Virus record (IMG/VR): IMGVR_UViG_3300017917_003843 | Coordinates: 4,440 to 68,439 of that record | DNA length: 64,000 nt | From: a virus | Reading direction: 5' to 3' (one strand) | Part shown: positions 9,526-20,377 of the stretch, piece after piece | Layout: each line of letters starts with the position of its first letter | Position numbering within the stretch: position 1 is the stretch's first letter | Translations under genes and position numbers: made by a program | The notes under the pieces: generated by a model | Told to the model about the DNA's origin: nothing | Databases searched by the model: none | The model's input: only the letters and a program-made list of their open reading frames with translations

Positions 9526-10259
9526 TTTTTTTTGTCTAAGAACTCACGAACTATTTTTTTAATAGATTCTCTAAGTATTTCTTCTGTAGATGGTTTTTTA
9601 GTTTCTTGAAGAGAATCTAACAATTTATCATATAATAAATCCCAATACTTATTATAAAGTTCATCCAATTCAATGTCTGTTAATGAAGCACCGTCTTCAA
9701 ATTCAGCATACGCTACGTAAGCATCAGAAAAATCAGGATAATCTGAGGTATCTACTCCATCAAATTCAATAGATGAAATATCAACTGGTTTTCCACTGAT
9801 TATATATTGAAAACCTTGTTCTTCTTTTAACATTTGTTCTGTAGCTTTAGCAACCTTAACCTTTTTCATTTCATTTTTAGTGTCATGAGGTTTGATTGGT
9901 TCTAAACCATCAGATTTATCTTTAACTTTTTTATTTGTCTTAAGTTTAGGAATATCTTTTACTGTAGTAGCAGGGTAAATACCATCTTGTTCATCTACTT
10001 CAGGAGATTGTTCAACTTTTTTGTATTTAGTATCTGCACTTGGAGTAGGTGATTCATATGATGGGTCTTTATCGGGAGTTCCTTTAACAGCATCTCCTTC
10101 ATTTAACAAACCTCTATTTTTAAGGATTTTCACTGAATCCTCAAATGAATTATGGTTAGTTACGTGGTTAGGAAACATCATTCGTGCATTACGCAAGAAT
10201 TGATATTTATCTATTTTACCTTCTTTTAGATCTTGATATTGTAGGCTAATACTTTTCAT
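9513..10259 (-). CDS. Putative prohead core/internal protein
   Basis: Charged; LKE/LNE/LQE/LRE sites; lies in the head operon. Confidence 0.6.
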   Translation of the reverse strand: MKSISLQYQDLKEGKIDKYQFLRNARMMFPNHVTNHNSFEDSVKILKNRGLLNEGDAVKGTPDKDPSYESPTPSADTKYKKVEQSPEVDEQDGIYPATTVKDIPKLKTNKKVKDKSDGLEPIKPHDTKNEMKKVKVAKATEQMLKEEQGFQYIISGKPVDISSIEFDGVDTSDYPDFSDAYVAYAEFEDGASLTDIELDELYNKYWDLLYDKLLDSLQETKKPSTEEILRESIKKIVREFLDKKKTLN

Positions 10260-10774
10260 TATTCTTCAGTGTTTTCTTCTTCTTTTACTTCTTCACCAGT
10301 TAATTTTGTTAAGATATCTGATAGGCTATCTTTTATTTCATCTGTATCAAATACAACAGCGAACGATTTTGGATTTTTCTTATAATATTGTTCTGTTTCC
10401 TTTTTAGCTTTAGGTAAAGCAGACTTAATTTTTGTTACTAAATCAATCAATTCAGAAAATGACTCAACACGAGATTTATGTAATTCTTCTCTTTCTTCAA
10501 CTTTTTTAGGATCTTCTTCTTTTTCTTCAGCTAAAGATGCAAGAATATCTTCTAATTGTAAAGATTCTTGTTCAGTTTTTAATACTTTATCATAAGCTTC
10601 TTTCATGCTACGATATCCTTTCATCAATTCCTCAATGTCAGTTTTATGAGCACTACCTACACCAGTACCATCTGCTTTTTTAGCTTCAGATACACGATAT
10701 TTTATTTCTTCAGCTAAAGTATCTAATTTAGCTTTAAGTTCCTCTTTACTTAGTTTTTTTCTATCGTTGTTCAT
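10259..10774 (-). CDS. Charged coiled-coil head-module protein
   Basis: ORF track; coupled to neighbours. Confidence 0.6.
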   Translation of the reverse strand: MNNDRKKLSKEELKAKLDTLAEEIKYRVSEAKKADGTGVGSAHKTDIEELMKGYRSMKEAYDKVLKTEQESLQLEDILASLAEEKEEDPKKVEEREELHKSRVESFSELIDLVTKIKSALPKAKKETEQYYKKNPKSFAVVFDTDEIKDSLSDILTKLTGEEVKEEENTEE

Positions 10775-11319
10775 TTGGATAATGTTCTGATTTTGTTTGA
10801 TAAGTCATTAAGTCTTTCAGATAAAGCAGATAATTGTTCTGTTTTAGATGTCCAAAATGACTCTTTTTTAATTGTATTTTCAGTTTTTAATCTATTTGAG
10901 TATTCAACTACTTGTTCAATTTCTCTAATACGTTTACTAACTTCTTGTAAAGCACGTACGAGTTTACGTTCAGGAGTTACTTTAGAAACATTTTCAGCAA
11001 AACGACGATATGAAATTTCATTTAATAACTCTTCTTTAACCATTTTTTTTATTTCTGTTTCAGTATACAATTTAGTTGATTTAGGTTTTGGTTTAGAAGG
11101 AAATTGTTTATAATCAAATATTTTAGAATCCGAAGGCATACCCGGTTTTACTCTTTTAAAACCATCTTTAGTATAAGTACTAATATCAGCTTTACCAAAA
11201 GCATATTTACTAGTATATGCACCACCAGCACTAGCAGTAGTAGATACACCACCATCCATTTCTTCTAACGATGTATTAATTAATTCATCAATATATTTTT
11301 TCAGTGATTCTGGGATCAT
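10771..11319 (-). CDS. Head-module hypothetical protein
   Basis: LEE|M and LNE|IS sites; between portal and protease. Confidence 0.6.
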   Translation of the reverse strand: MIPESLKKYIDELINTSLEEMDGGVSTTASAGGAYTSKYAFGKADISTYTKDGFKRVKPGMPSDSKIFDYKQFPSKPKPKSTKLYTETEIKKMVKEELLNEISYRRFAENVSKVTPERKLVRALQEVSKRIREIEQVVEYSNRLKTENTIKKESFWTSKTEQLSALSERLNDLSNKIRTLSK

Positions 11320-12167
11320 AGTGATTTAACTTCATGTAATAGTTCATGAAACTGAAGAAGATTTAATATATCTTCATCTTTTACTGACTCAGTTTTATCT
11401 AGTGGTTTAATAATAGATGATAACTCATTTAATTTAATTTGAGTACGTTGATCTTTTACTTTACCCTTAAGATTATCTAATGATTTTTTAATTGAATCAA
11501 AGCTCTTATTAACATACTCACGTAATGAAACAGTATTAGATATATTGTTAATATATGTTTTTAATACATCACGTTGTTCTGGGAGTAATTCTGAATATTT
11601 TTGGTTAAATTTCTCAATCATGATTTTAGAAATCAAAGCACGAGTAGCTTTATCTTGAGATGAATATTCTTCCATCAATTGATTTTCAACCTTATTTTTA
11701 TCTACTTGTTGTTTTGTTAAAAATTCAAGTAAAGTTACTTTATTTTCAATAACAAATGAAGGATTAATAAATTCGGTTGACACTTGGGCTTCAATTAAAT
11801 TATAAATAGAAGCATGTGCTTTATAATTATGAATTTTTGCTTTAAAAAATTCTTCTAAATCATAATTTTCTTTAATTTCCTTAATAAGGTTATATTTTTC
11901 TTTACGTAAAGTAGTACGATTGATACGTTCAGATAGTTTAACTGTAGAGTTAATAATACTTTCTGCTTTAACTTCGTTTAATGAAACAGCTTTAGTTAAT
12001 GTTTGATATAATTTATATTCTTTAGCTATTTCACCACGGGAAAAATATTTTTTAATAATATTAACGGCTGCTGTTTCTTTATTAGACATAATATCTGCCG
12101 TAATTTGTCGGGTAAGGAGCTCAAATAATATTCCAGTATTTTTAAACTTATTATGTTTTATTTTCAT
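11316..12167 (-). CDS. Conserved-type hypothetical protein downstream of portal
   Basis: MKIKHNKFKNTGILFELL start; late motif upstream. Confidence 0.65.
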   Translation of the reverse strand: MKIKHNKFKNTGILFELLTRQITADIMSNKETAAVNIIKKYFSRGEIAKEYKLYQTLTKAVSLNEVKAESIINSTVKLSERINRTTLRKEKYNLIKEIKENYDLEEFFKAKIHNYKAHASIYNLIEAQVSTEFINPSFVIENKVTLLEFLTKQQVDKNKVENQLMEEYSSQDKATRALISKIMIEKFNQKYSELLPEQRDVLKTYINNISNTVSLREYVNKSFDSIKKSLDNLKGKVKDQRTQIKLNELSSIIKPLDKTESVKDEDILNLLQFHELLHEVKSL

Positions 12168-12197
12168 GCTAGTAATTACTAATTATAAATATGCACT

Positions 12198-14060
12198 TTA
12201 GTCTATATCTTTAAGATTTGTTTCATCTAATAGTGAAGAACCAGTGTTTTCTTTATCGAACACATTAGATTTTTTAAATACTTCTTCAAGCATTTTTTTA
12301 TTTTGTGCATATATTGCTTTAGTTCCTTCTAAAGATAATGGCGAACCACTTTTTGGTTCAGGTGCTTTAGCAGAATCTGGTCTTAAATCAACATTTTTTC
12401 CTAATGGATCTTTACCTAATACACGTTTTTGTGTATTATAAACAGATGTTTTAACTTGTGGTCTACCAATTGGGTTAGTTTCATCATAAACTGGTGGTAC
12501 ACCTACATCATTACGTCCTTTACCATATAATGAAGCAAGATCATGTGGTGTACCATATGATTCGCCACTAACAACTGGATCATTACCTTCGTTTTCAATT
12601 TGTGATAAACGGAAGAAACGTTTTTTATCTTCAACTACTAAATCACGATAATCATCATACTTATCTTCACTCATGTGGAATAAATAATCATAGATAAAGT
12701 CAGTTGGGAATAAACCAGCATCCATTATATTTTTAGCTAGTTCTACTTTTTCTTTCATCAACATTATACGCTCTTGATCGTAAACAATTGATGGAGTTGT
12801 TAATTCTAATTCAAAGTTAGTTAAACTTTCGTCTGTATAACCTTGAGAATATAAGTGAACTAATGCAATTTTAGTTAATTCAGATACTACAATACGTTGA
12901 ATACGTTCAATTGTACGAGCAAAACGAATATCTTGTTGAGCTAATGTAGATTTACCTTCAACGTCAGCCTCATATCCTAAGAACGCCTTAGGTACTTTCA
13001 TTGCTGCTAACATTTTATCTCTTAGATAAATTACGTCATCAATAGCACTATACTCTAAACCAGGTAATGTATCTATTTTAGTTGATGTATTTCCACCTCT
13101 AACAGGTACCCAAAAATCTTCATTTACGTTCATCATATTATAACGTAAATTATATTCACCTGTTTTTGGATCAACATAAGGAGAACGTTGTGTTTGTCCC
13201 TTAAGTTTTTCCATAAATGCTGGGATTTCATTTGGTGGTATATTACCTGTATCTACATAATAAACACGGCGTTGTGGTGCTCTTAAAATACGGTGAATTA
13301 ACATCGCATCCTCCATTAAAGCTAATTGCTTAAATATTTTACGAGCGGGTTCAATATATGAACGACCATAAGGAAGAAAATTATAATCACCTAATAAACG
13401 GAAATCAGCAATCTCATAATTTTCAAATACTTCATCTCTATCAGATGGTCCTAACACACCAGTATATGAAGCATTTGGTTCAACTCTAAATCTAACGTAT
13501 GATGGATTTTTAGGATCTAATCCTTCTTCTCTTAATACGTTGTAAACATTTAAAGGAACAACTTGATAAACACCATATTTTTCGGCAATATGTAAGTGTA
13601 GATAAAAATCACCATACTTACACATTGAACGAATCCAACCCCAAAGGTTAAATTCAATATTTAATACATCATAGAATAAATTATATAAAATACGTTGAAT
13701 ATTTTCATCAGACGATTTAATAGCTAATACTTCGCCTGCACCATTCTTAAGTGTAGATTCATCAGCAACAATATCTAGTACAGATGCTACAATTGGATCA
13801 CCATCCATTACCTCATAATCATTATACAATTGAGGTCGTAATACTGTAAAGTTAGAATAAGGAGCATTACCAACATATGTTCCCAAACCACCAGTGTAAA
13901 TACGCTGGTAACGATCAGGATACATATTGGTTTGTACTACACCAGACGCTTGAATATGGTCAGTGTCTATTACTTTAACTTGATTACCACCAACGTTTCT
14001 AATAATGACGTCAGTTGAAAATAATCGTTTTAATCGGCCAAATAAGGAGGTATCTATCAT
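12198..14060 (-). CDS. gp20: Portal protein, T4 gp20-like
   Basis: LMEDAMLIHRILRAPQRRVYYVDTGN, EDFWVPVRGG, IDTLPG, KVPKAFL. Confidence 0.95.
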   Translation of the reverse strand: MIDTSLFGRLKRLFSTDVIIRNVGGNQVKVIDTDHIQASGVVQTNMYPDRYQRIYTGGLGTYVGNAPYSNFTVLRPQLYNDYEVMDGDPIVASVLDIVADESTLKNGAGEVLAIKSSDENIQRILYNLFYDVLNIEFNLWGWIRSMCKYGDFYLHLHIAEKYGVYQVVPLNVYNVLREEGLDPKNPSYVRFRVEPNASYTGVLGPSDRDEVFENYEIADFRLLGDYNFLPYGRSYIEPARKIFKQLALMEDAMLIHRILRAPQRRVYYVDTGNIPPNEIPAFMEKLKGQTQRSPYVDPKTGEYNLRYNMMNVNEDFWVPVRGGNTSTKIDTLPGLEYSAIDDVIYLRDKMLAAMKVPKAFLGYEADVEGKSTLAQQDIRFARTIERIQRIVVSELTKIALVHLYSQGYTDESLTNFELELTTPSIVYDQERIMLMKEKVELAKNIMDAGLFPTDFIYDYLFHMSEDKYDDYRDLVVEDKKRFFRLSQIENEGNDPVVSGESYGTPHDLASLYGKGRNDVGVPPVYDETNPIGRPQVKTSVYNTQKRVLGKDPLGKNVDLRPDSAKAPEPKSGSPLSLEGTKAIYAQNKKMLEEVFKKSNVFDKENTGSSLLDETNLKDID

Positions 14061-14074
14061 ATTTATAAATATTT

Positions 14075-15658
14075 TTATCCTATCAACCAGGTAATATCTT
14101 CATTACCATAATCGGTAGGCATTTGCCATTGGTTTGGAGCGTTATAACCTCGGGCAGCATAAGGATTCATAAATCCTCGGTCAACATTAAAGCCTGTCAA
14201 CATAGCTCTATCGTGTTCTGTATTATATTGTTTAAAGCGTAATGCTGTATCTCTTAAATATAAACCCATACTATATGACATTACTAAATCGTCATTATAT
14301 CCTTCTTGTGCTTGTGCTTTACTATTTTTCCAAATGAATATCTTCATTTCATCTACTAATCGTTTAGAGCGAATAACACATGTTTTTTCTCTAGCATATT
14401 CTCTAAACTTTTCAATCATCAATGGACGTGTTTTAGTTGAAGTTGTAAAACCTGCTACTAAATTATCTAAATTATCATTTCGTCGTACCCATTGGTCTGA
14501 TGTTAAAGCATCCATTTTAGGTGAGTAATATAAATTTCTATATCCTCTATCAATCACTGTATTAACTGTATCCCAACCTACGTTAGCATTTTCAATTGAT
14601 AATAAAGCATCATTATATTCAGATGCTAAAGCTACTAACAAATGCCCGTAATCACTAGTTCCTATTTGCCCTCTGTATTCAGCTACTTGTACTGCGTTTT
14701 CAATATCAAAAACATGGCACGCTGAATAATCTTTTCCATCTCCACGAGCAACGTCGGCTGTAACTAAATAATTTCTATTATAATCGGGTTGTTCCCATAT
14801 CCATAAGTTACCATCTACTCCTCGTTTTTCCAAGGGATCCATTAAATTAGCTTCAAACCATTTAATATCGTCTGATTCAAATACAGTATCACCAGATGTA
14901 CTAAAGTCACAATCACATTCCTGAGCAGCTAATCGAATTCCTAAGTCAGCATCCTGTTGATCACGCCATAATTGATTTCTTTCTGGGTGTACGGTCCATG
15001 GTAGTTTAATGGGGACAAATGAATTAGCTGCTATTTCAGCTTTAGCCCATGTTTTATGAAACCAATTACCTGTACCATTTGGTGTAGATAAAGCAATACA
15101 ACCTCCACCGGTTGCTAAGGTTTGTTGAGCAGAAGCAAATATTTCGTCAATACTATCAATGAACGCGGCCTCATCTATTAATAATAAGGATACAGCTTCT
15201 GAACGACCTGCATCCCCAGCAGCTGAAACAGCTTTAACTTGAGAACCATTGGTTAATTTAAGTAAAAGTTTATTATTCTCCAAAGGTTTTTCAGCGCCTC
15301 TTAACCATGAAGGTAGATTATCATACATAAATCTTACCTTAGTAACCATATTTTTAGCTGTATCTTGCTTAGTTGCAATACATAATATATTTTTATCTTT
15401 ATTAAATATCATCATCCATAAAGAAAATCCTGCTACTAAAGTAGATATACCTAGTTGGCGGGATTTTAAAACAATATTATAATTATTTTTTTGAAATTGG
15501 TGTAGTACTTTTTCTTGGAATGGATATAACTGAAATTGGATTCTACCTCTTGTTGGGTGTTGAATCATACAATATTTTTTCATGAAGTGAGCAGGATCTG
15601 TCATACATTTTATATACTCCTGCTTTATTATATCCTTAATATTAGGTTGATCACTCAT
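14075..15658 (-). CDS. gp17: Terminase large subunit, T4 gp17-like
   Basis: LKSRQLGIST, LLIDEAAF, STPNG, ADVARGDGKDYS, NDDLVMS. Confidence 0.95.
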   Translation of the reverse strand: MSDQPNIKDIIKQEYIKCMTDPAHFMKKYCMIQHPTRGRIQFQLYPFQEKVLHQFQKNNYNIVLKSRQLGISTLVAGFSLWMMIFNKDKNILCIATKQDTAKNMVTKVRFMYDNLPSWLRGAEKPLENNKLLLKLTNGSQVKAVSAAGDAGRSEAVSLLLIDEAAFIDSIDEIFASAQQTLATGGGCIALSTPNGTGNWFHKTWAKAEIAANSFVPIKLPWTVHPERNQLWRDQQDADLGIRLAAQECDCDFSTSGDTVFESDDIKWFEANLMDPLEKRGVDGNLWIWEQPDYNRNYLVTADVARGDGKDYSACHVFDIENAVQVAEYRGQIGTSDYGHLLVALASEYNDALLSIENANVGWDTVNTVIDRGYRNLYYSPKMDALTSDQWVRRNDNLDNLVAGFTTSTKTRPLMIEKFREYAREKTCVIRSKRLVDEMKIFIWKNSKAQAQEGYNDDLVMSYSMGLYLRDTALRFKQYNTEHDRAMLTGFNVDRGFMNPYAARGYNAPNQWQMPTDYGNEDITWLIG

Positions 15659-15729
15659 GTATTTAATTTATATATAAATATATGAAGGCCTAACTTTAAC
15701 GTTAGGCCAACAATATACCATATTCTAAT

Positions 15730-16422
15730 TTATTTAGCAAATACGCCTACTGCTACTCCTAATGTAAATCCAACTAATGTTCCTTTAATAGTGCTCCAAT
15801 ATGCCTTGCGTTTAGCTACTTTAAGGTCTTTTTCTAACTTGCTATTTAAATCTTTGGAAACGGCTAGTTGTTGTGATTTTATCTTTAATGCAGTGTCGGC
15901 TTTAACCAACGCTTGTTTAGAATATGAAAGTGAAGTTTTTAAGGTATCAACTTGATTTGTAAGTAATGATGATTTTGTATTTAACAAATTAACTTCATTA
16001 TGTAAAAAATCTTTTTCTATTACTTCTTTTGCTATTTCATTACCTACATTTTTATCAATTATTATATTAGTACCATGTTTAGTAATATGTGCATATCGTT
16101 TAATTAAAAAAGAATCAACGGTAGCTTTAGGAAGATTATTTAATGCATTTAATGCACTATTTTTTTCTTGTGTTAATATATTAACTTTATATTTGATTTG
16201 ATCTACTTTACTATCATATTGTAATGCTACTTGCTCAAAATAATTGGATGAATCTTGTAGTTTTTCTTTATCTTTTATAGCATTTTGAAATAATATTTCT
16301 TTTAAAGCAATTTGATTTTTTAAAGAATCTAATTCACGACTGCTATTATAATTAATATTAGGATAATTATATATAAAATATATTATAACCGCTATAATAA
16401 TTAAAAATACTACATTTTTCAT
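15730..16422 (-). CDS. Membrane-anchored coiled-coil protein (possibly spanin-like)
   Basis: Hydrophobic N- and C-terminal segments around a coiled coil. Confidence 0.5.
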   Translation of the reverse strand: MKNVVFLIIIAVIIYFIYNYPNINYNSSRELDSLKNQIALKEILFQNAIKDKEKLQDSSNYFEQVALQYDSKVDQIKYKVNILTQEKNSALNALNNLPKATVDSFLIKRYAHITKHGTNIIIDKNVGNEIAKEVIEKDFLHNEVNLLNTKSSLLTNQVDTLKTSLSYSKQALVKADTALKIKSQQLAVSKDLNSKLEKDLKVAKRKAYWSTIKGTLVGFTLGVAVGVFAK

Positions 16423-16436
16423 AATTGTTTACTTAA

Positions 16437-17462
16437 TTAATACACACTATCGTATGCTTTAAAATCATCACCACCATAGTCAACATCATCTACATCTTCA
16501 TTGATTTCTTCATCATCAAAATCTTCAAATTCAAATTCTTCTTCTTCTGCTGGTGCTTCGTATTCTTGACCTAATCTATCAAATATAATTTTAGATAATT
16601 GGGTTGCATTTACAGAATTAAATTTAAATTCAAGTGTTTTTAATACTTTTTCTTGAACACTAGGCTCTAATTTAACCAATTTATCAATCAATTCATTAAG
16701 TAATTCACTTAATCGATCTAAACTAGTTTCTTTACTTTGCTTTACTGCTTTTTTATAATCTTCAGGGCTTAAATCTTCTTCTTCACGAAGAATTTCACCA
16801 ATACGAACACGTGAATCTTTGTATACGCGGATAATTTTAGAAATTAAATCAGCATTATCAACAGTAAACATAGCTGCTTTTTGAGCATCTGTACTAGTAG
16901 ATATTTTAGCTTTTTCTAATGATTTTTCATCAGGTCCTGATGGTGCTTCTGGTTCAACTTCAGCAGGTACATCTAGAATATCATCAAAATTTTCATTTTC
17001 AGGTTCATCTGGTACTTCTACTGTTTTTTCTTTTTCAGTTGGAATTAAAGCCCCAACATTAAGTAAAGCAGCGTAAATAGGATAAATAGCAGGCATTTTA
17101 TTATATCCAATACCAGTTGCTATTTCAGGTCCTGTAATTTGATCTTTATCAGATAAAAAATCTAAAACAGCTTTTAATTTTTTAGGACTTACAGGTCCAC
17201 CAGTTTGGATATCCTTAGCTAGTTCTCTATAATCTGGAGATACTTTTAATACAGCAGCAGGACGTGCCATTTCATCTAATTCAGCTTCTTCTAATTCAAC
17301 TGAACCACCTTTTTGTAATTTTTGAATAATTGCAGCTCTATCGGTAGTTTGTACTTTACTAAATTCTGGGCTTGTTGTTATTTTTTTAACAGCTCCAGGT
17401 CCAGCATAAAGTGTTTCACGGATACGTGTCTTGATATATTCTTTTAAATCACTTTTTTTCAT
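16437..17462 (-). CDS. Putative internal head protein with winged-helix-like domain
   Basis: MKKSDLKEYIK leader, LDE|MAR site, ITGPEIATGIG...LLNVGAL, acidic tail. Confidence 0.55.
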   Translation of the reverse strand: MKKSDLKEYIKTRIRETLYAGPGAVKKITTSPEFSKVQTTDRAAIIQKLQKGGSVELEEAELDEMARPAAVLKVSPDYRELAKDIQTGGPVSPKKLKAVLDFLSDKDQITGPEIATGIGYNKMPAIYPIYAALLNVGALIPTEKEKTVEVPDEPENENFDDILDVPAEVEPEAPSGPDEKSLEKAKISTSTDAQKAAMFTVDNADLISKIIRVYKDSRVRIGEILREEEDLSPEDYKKAVKQSKETSLDRLSELLNELIDKLVKLEPSVQEKVLKTLEFKFNSVNATQLSKIIFDRLGQEYEAPAEEEEFEFEDFDDEEINEDVDDVDYGGDDFKAYDSVY

Positions 17463-17477
17463 TGTAAAGTTTAGTGT

Positions 17478-18011
17478 TTATGATAAATATTTATTAATTG
17501 TGTCTAATATGATAGCAATTCTTTCCTCAGTACTACCTTTAATTTCAATTAAACGTTTAGGTGGATATGTTTTTAATAACCATTTAATTGATAAATCAAT
17601 TTTATGACGATATTCAGCATTAGTTTCTCTAATACCATTATCTTCAATTTCTACACCTTCAGGTGAAACATAAAATATAATATCATACTGTTTAGCTAAC
17701 AACATAGCAGCATCAAATAATATTTCCTTTTCATTAGACTTAATTGACCTAGCTTCTTTAGTAAACGCACACACATCATATATTGTTCTGTCGGTAAGTA
17801 AATTATCATTAAATAATTCACTAGCACGTTCCGCTATAAACACTAACTGACCTTTTACGGTCGAGTCAGTGTTTAATGGAATACCTAAATCACTCAAATA
17901 TTTTGAACGTTCAACACATCCAACATATTCTTTAAATTCATCTAATTCTAATAATGCTTTAACTAATGTAGTTTTACCTACACTCATTGTACCTGCTAAT
18001 CCTATCTTCAT
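17478..18011 (-). CDS. P-loop ATPase/kinase (NadR-type AAA-like)
   Basis: GTMSVGKTT, LTDRTIYD, YDIIFYV, DNGIR, GSTEER. Confidence 0.8.
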   Translation of the reverse strand: MKIGLAGTMSVGKTTLVKALLELDEFKEYVGCVERSKYLSDLGIPLNTDSTVKGQLVFIAERASELFNDNLLTDRTIYDVCAFTKEARSIKSNEKEILFDAAMLLAKQYDIIFYVSPEGVEIEDNGIRETNAEYRHKIDLSIKWLLKTYPPKRLIEIKGSTEERIAIILDTINKYLS

Positions 18012-18295
18012 TATATTCTATTTTTATACATTGGGTTTTTTGCTGGTGGTAATCCTGTATGATCACGTTTGAATTCTTTAATTACATCACTACTATCTCC
18101 CTTATAAATACCCCAAAAATAATATTCTCTTCTACCATCTGAGTGGATATAGGCAGCCCCATCCATATTATGTAACACCCAAATTTTCTCATTAGCTTTT
18201 GGATCGTTTTTATCATTAATACCATGACCTAAACGTGTTGTTTGAGCTAAATATAAAATATCGCCCTCTGGTGTTTTAATTCTTTTTCTAGTCAT
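18011..18295 (-). CDS. Hypothetical protein
   Basis: LHNMDGAAYIHSDGRREYY repeat-like motif. Confidence 0.6.
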   Translation of the reverse strand: MTRKRIKTPEGDILYLAQTTRLGHGINDKNDPKANEKIWVLHNMDGAAYIHSDGRREYYFWGIYKGDSSDVIKEFKRDHTGLPPAKNPMYKNRI

Positions 18296-18296
18296 A

Positions 18297-18548
18297 TTAT
18301 TTGTTGTTTAATTTACGCTGTTGTCTATCTAGTTTACGATCGGCTTTAGCTTGTTTAGCTAAATTATTCCAATTTTTAGGTTTATCTAATCCATTTTTAT
18401 ATTTAATGTCTACAGAAATTGGACCTTTATTAACTTCATTTTGTTTATATGTCCATGTTATAATAGTATCGACATCTTCATATGTACGAATTACATATTC
18501 ACCTTGTTCTAATTCAGGTTCTTTGATTAATCTTGGTCTTCCTCTCAT
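18297..18548 (-). CDS. Small basic protein with N-terminal AT-hook-like RGRP
   Basis: MRGRPR. Confidence 0.55.
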   Translation of the reverse strand: MRGRPRLIKEPELEQGEYVIRTYEDVDTIITWTYKQNEVNKGPISVDIKYKNGLDKPKNWNNLAKQAKADRKLDRQQRKLNNK

Positions 18549-18565
18549 ATTGTAAAATTAAAATA

Positions 18566-19879
18566 TTAATCTTGTATTAACAAATTTTCAGCAACATAAA
18601 TACCATGAGCTCCTGATACTGTAATTCCACGAGCTGATAATGCATCTCCTACAAAATGTACGTCTGGGTATTCTGTTAATGATAAATTATTATAATTAAC
18701 CAATGGTTCAGGGGACAAGTATTTAACTTCAGGAATGTATATTCCCCAATCATCACCAAAATTAAATACTTTATCCATATCCGAGATAAAATCAGTAATA
18801 TAACTAAAATAACCTCCAAATATTTCAGCAACATGAATTAATCCTAACCAATTAATTGGTGTAGCTGATACTGTATTGCCTTCAGATGTTGTTGATGGTG
18901 TTCTAGATGGGGAAAAATATAATCCTGTTTCCTCTAGTTGTAATTTTGATACTACGTCTCTACTCCATTTAAATGGATCTTCAATACCCTTAATTTCCAT
19001 TAAGATACCAAAGTTAGTCATGTCATTTCTAAATTCTTCACCTTTTTTAGCATGACCATTATATGAAATATCACCATATGTTTCTTCTACAGCGACATAA
19101 GCAGCATTGTTATTCGTGCAGAATGAACGTAAAGAAATATTATCAAATTTCTGATAAAGTTTAAAATCGTAAGATACATCGATTAATTGTTGAAAATATT
19201 TTTGTGGAGCTTCAAAACGAACACCAATTTGTACTGATTTAGGTTCAGTTGGTAATTTATATTCATCTGATAATTGTTGAGCAAAATCAATACCTGATTT
19301 TCCTACAGCAAAAATTAATGTATCGTAGTCCATAGCATAAATATCTTCTATTGGACCATTATCATCACTTAAACAAATATGTTTTTTCTCAAAGTCAATT
19401 GAGTATACTTCATTATTCCATTTAAAATATACACCTTTGTCAACTAAGTATTGATACCAATGAACTGCGATTTCATGTAAGTAATTTGACCCAATATGCC
19501 ATACAGGAAACATACGTAAACCAAAATATGGTTTAATAAATTCAGGTTCTGCTTGTGGATCAGACATAAATATTTCTTCTGGTTTAGGATGAAAACGAGT
19601 AAAATTATCTACTACTTGTTTCATTAATTCCATTGCCTTTTCATCACCACAATATTTTGATAATTGACCTCCAATTTCAGTATGATAAGTTAATTTACCA
19701 TCTGACCAACCACCGGCACCTAACATACCTGTCATTACTTCTTCAGGTAAACGATTATGTGGATCATTACCTTTATCAATGATTGTAATTAACCCACCTG
19801 GGTACCCATTATCTACTAATTTAGTAGCCGCGTTAATTCCAGCTACTCCAGCACCTACGATTATAATTTTTTTATCCAT
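18566..19879 (-). CDS. FAD-dependent oxidoreductase
   Basis: IIIVGAGVAG, GAGGWSDGKL, IGVRFE, FVGDALSARGI. Confidence 0.85.
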   Translation of the reverse strand: MDKKIIIVGAGVAGINAATKLVDNGYPGGLITIIDKGNDPHNRLPEEVMTGMLGAGGWSDGKLTYHTEIGGQLSKYCGDEKAMELMKQVVDNFTRFHPKPEEIFMSDPQAEPEFIKPYFGLRMFPVWHIGSNYLHEIAVHWYQYLVDKGVYFKWNNEVYSIDFEKKHICLSDDNGPIEDIYAMDYDTLIFAVGKSGIDFAQQLSDEYKLPTEPKSVQIGVRFEAPQKYFQQLIDVSYDFKLYQKFDNISLRSFCTNNNAAYVAVEETYGDISYNGHAKKGEEFRNDMTNFGILMEIKGIEDPFKWSRDVVSKLQLEETGLYFSPSRTPSTTSEGNTVSATPINWLGLIHVAEIFGGYFSYITDFISDMDKVFNFGDDWGIYIPEVKYLSPEPLVNYNNLSLTEYPDVHFVGDALSARGITVSGAHGIYVAENLLIQD

Positions 19880-20337
19880 TCTGGGGCGTTGTTTAATTTG
19901 TTATAATTTAATTTTTTGATTTTGATTTTATCTTCAATATAAAATGTTCTATAGGCTTCTATAGTATTATCATTTTTGTATTCATCAGGCATACATTGTG
20001 GTGGAGGTGTAAAACCATTATCAGGAATATTAGGTTCATTGTTTTGGCACCATTCCATTACATCTTGTGTTTTATGATATTTACCATAACGTTTGGTAAA
20101 TTCATAACATACCTCTAAACCATGTTCAACTAACCATCTATAATGTTGAATTGATTCTCTAACCCATTTAGTTGATGGATGATTTAAATGAGCACGTTTA
20201 TAAGGTGCCTCATTTCCGTTTTCCCAATGTGCTGTGCATAACATTTGAGCTGATTCTATTTGCATTTTGCGAATATGATCATCGCATAATTCTTGAGCAG
20301 CAATGGTTGGATTGTTGTTTATGTAAAATATGTTCAT
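19861..20337 (-). CDS. Pyrimidine-dimer glycosylase/DenV-related protein
   Basis: MNIF...HIRKMQIESAQMLCTAH...YKRAHLNHPSTKW...PQCMPD...AYRTFY. Confidence 0.7.
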   Translation of the reverse strand: MNIFYINNNPTIAAQELCDDHIRKMQIESAQMLCTAHWENGNEAPYKRAHLNHPSTKWVRESIQHYRWLVEHGLEVCYEFTKRYGKYHKTQDVMEWCQNNEPNIPDNGFTPPPQCMPDEYKNDNTIEAYRTFYIEDKIKIKKLNYNKLNNAPEWIKKL

Positions 20338-20377
20338 ACTGTAAAATTATAAACATGAATTCGGTTTCCAAACACAA

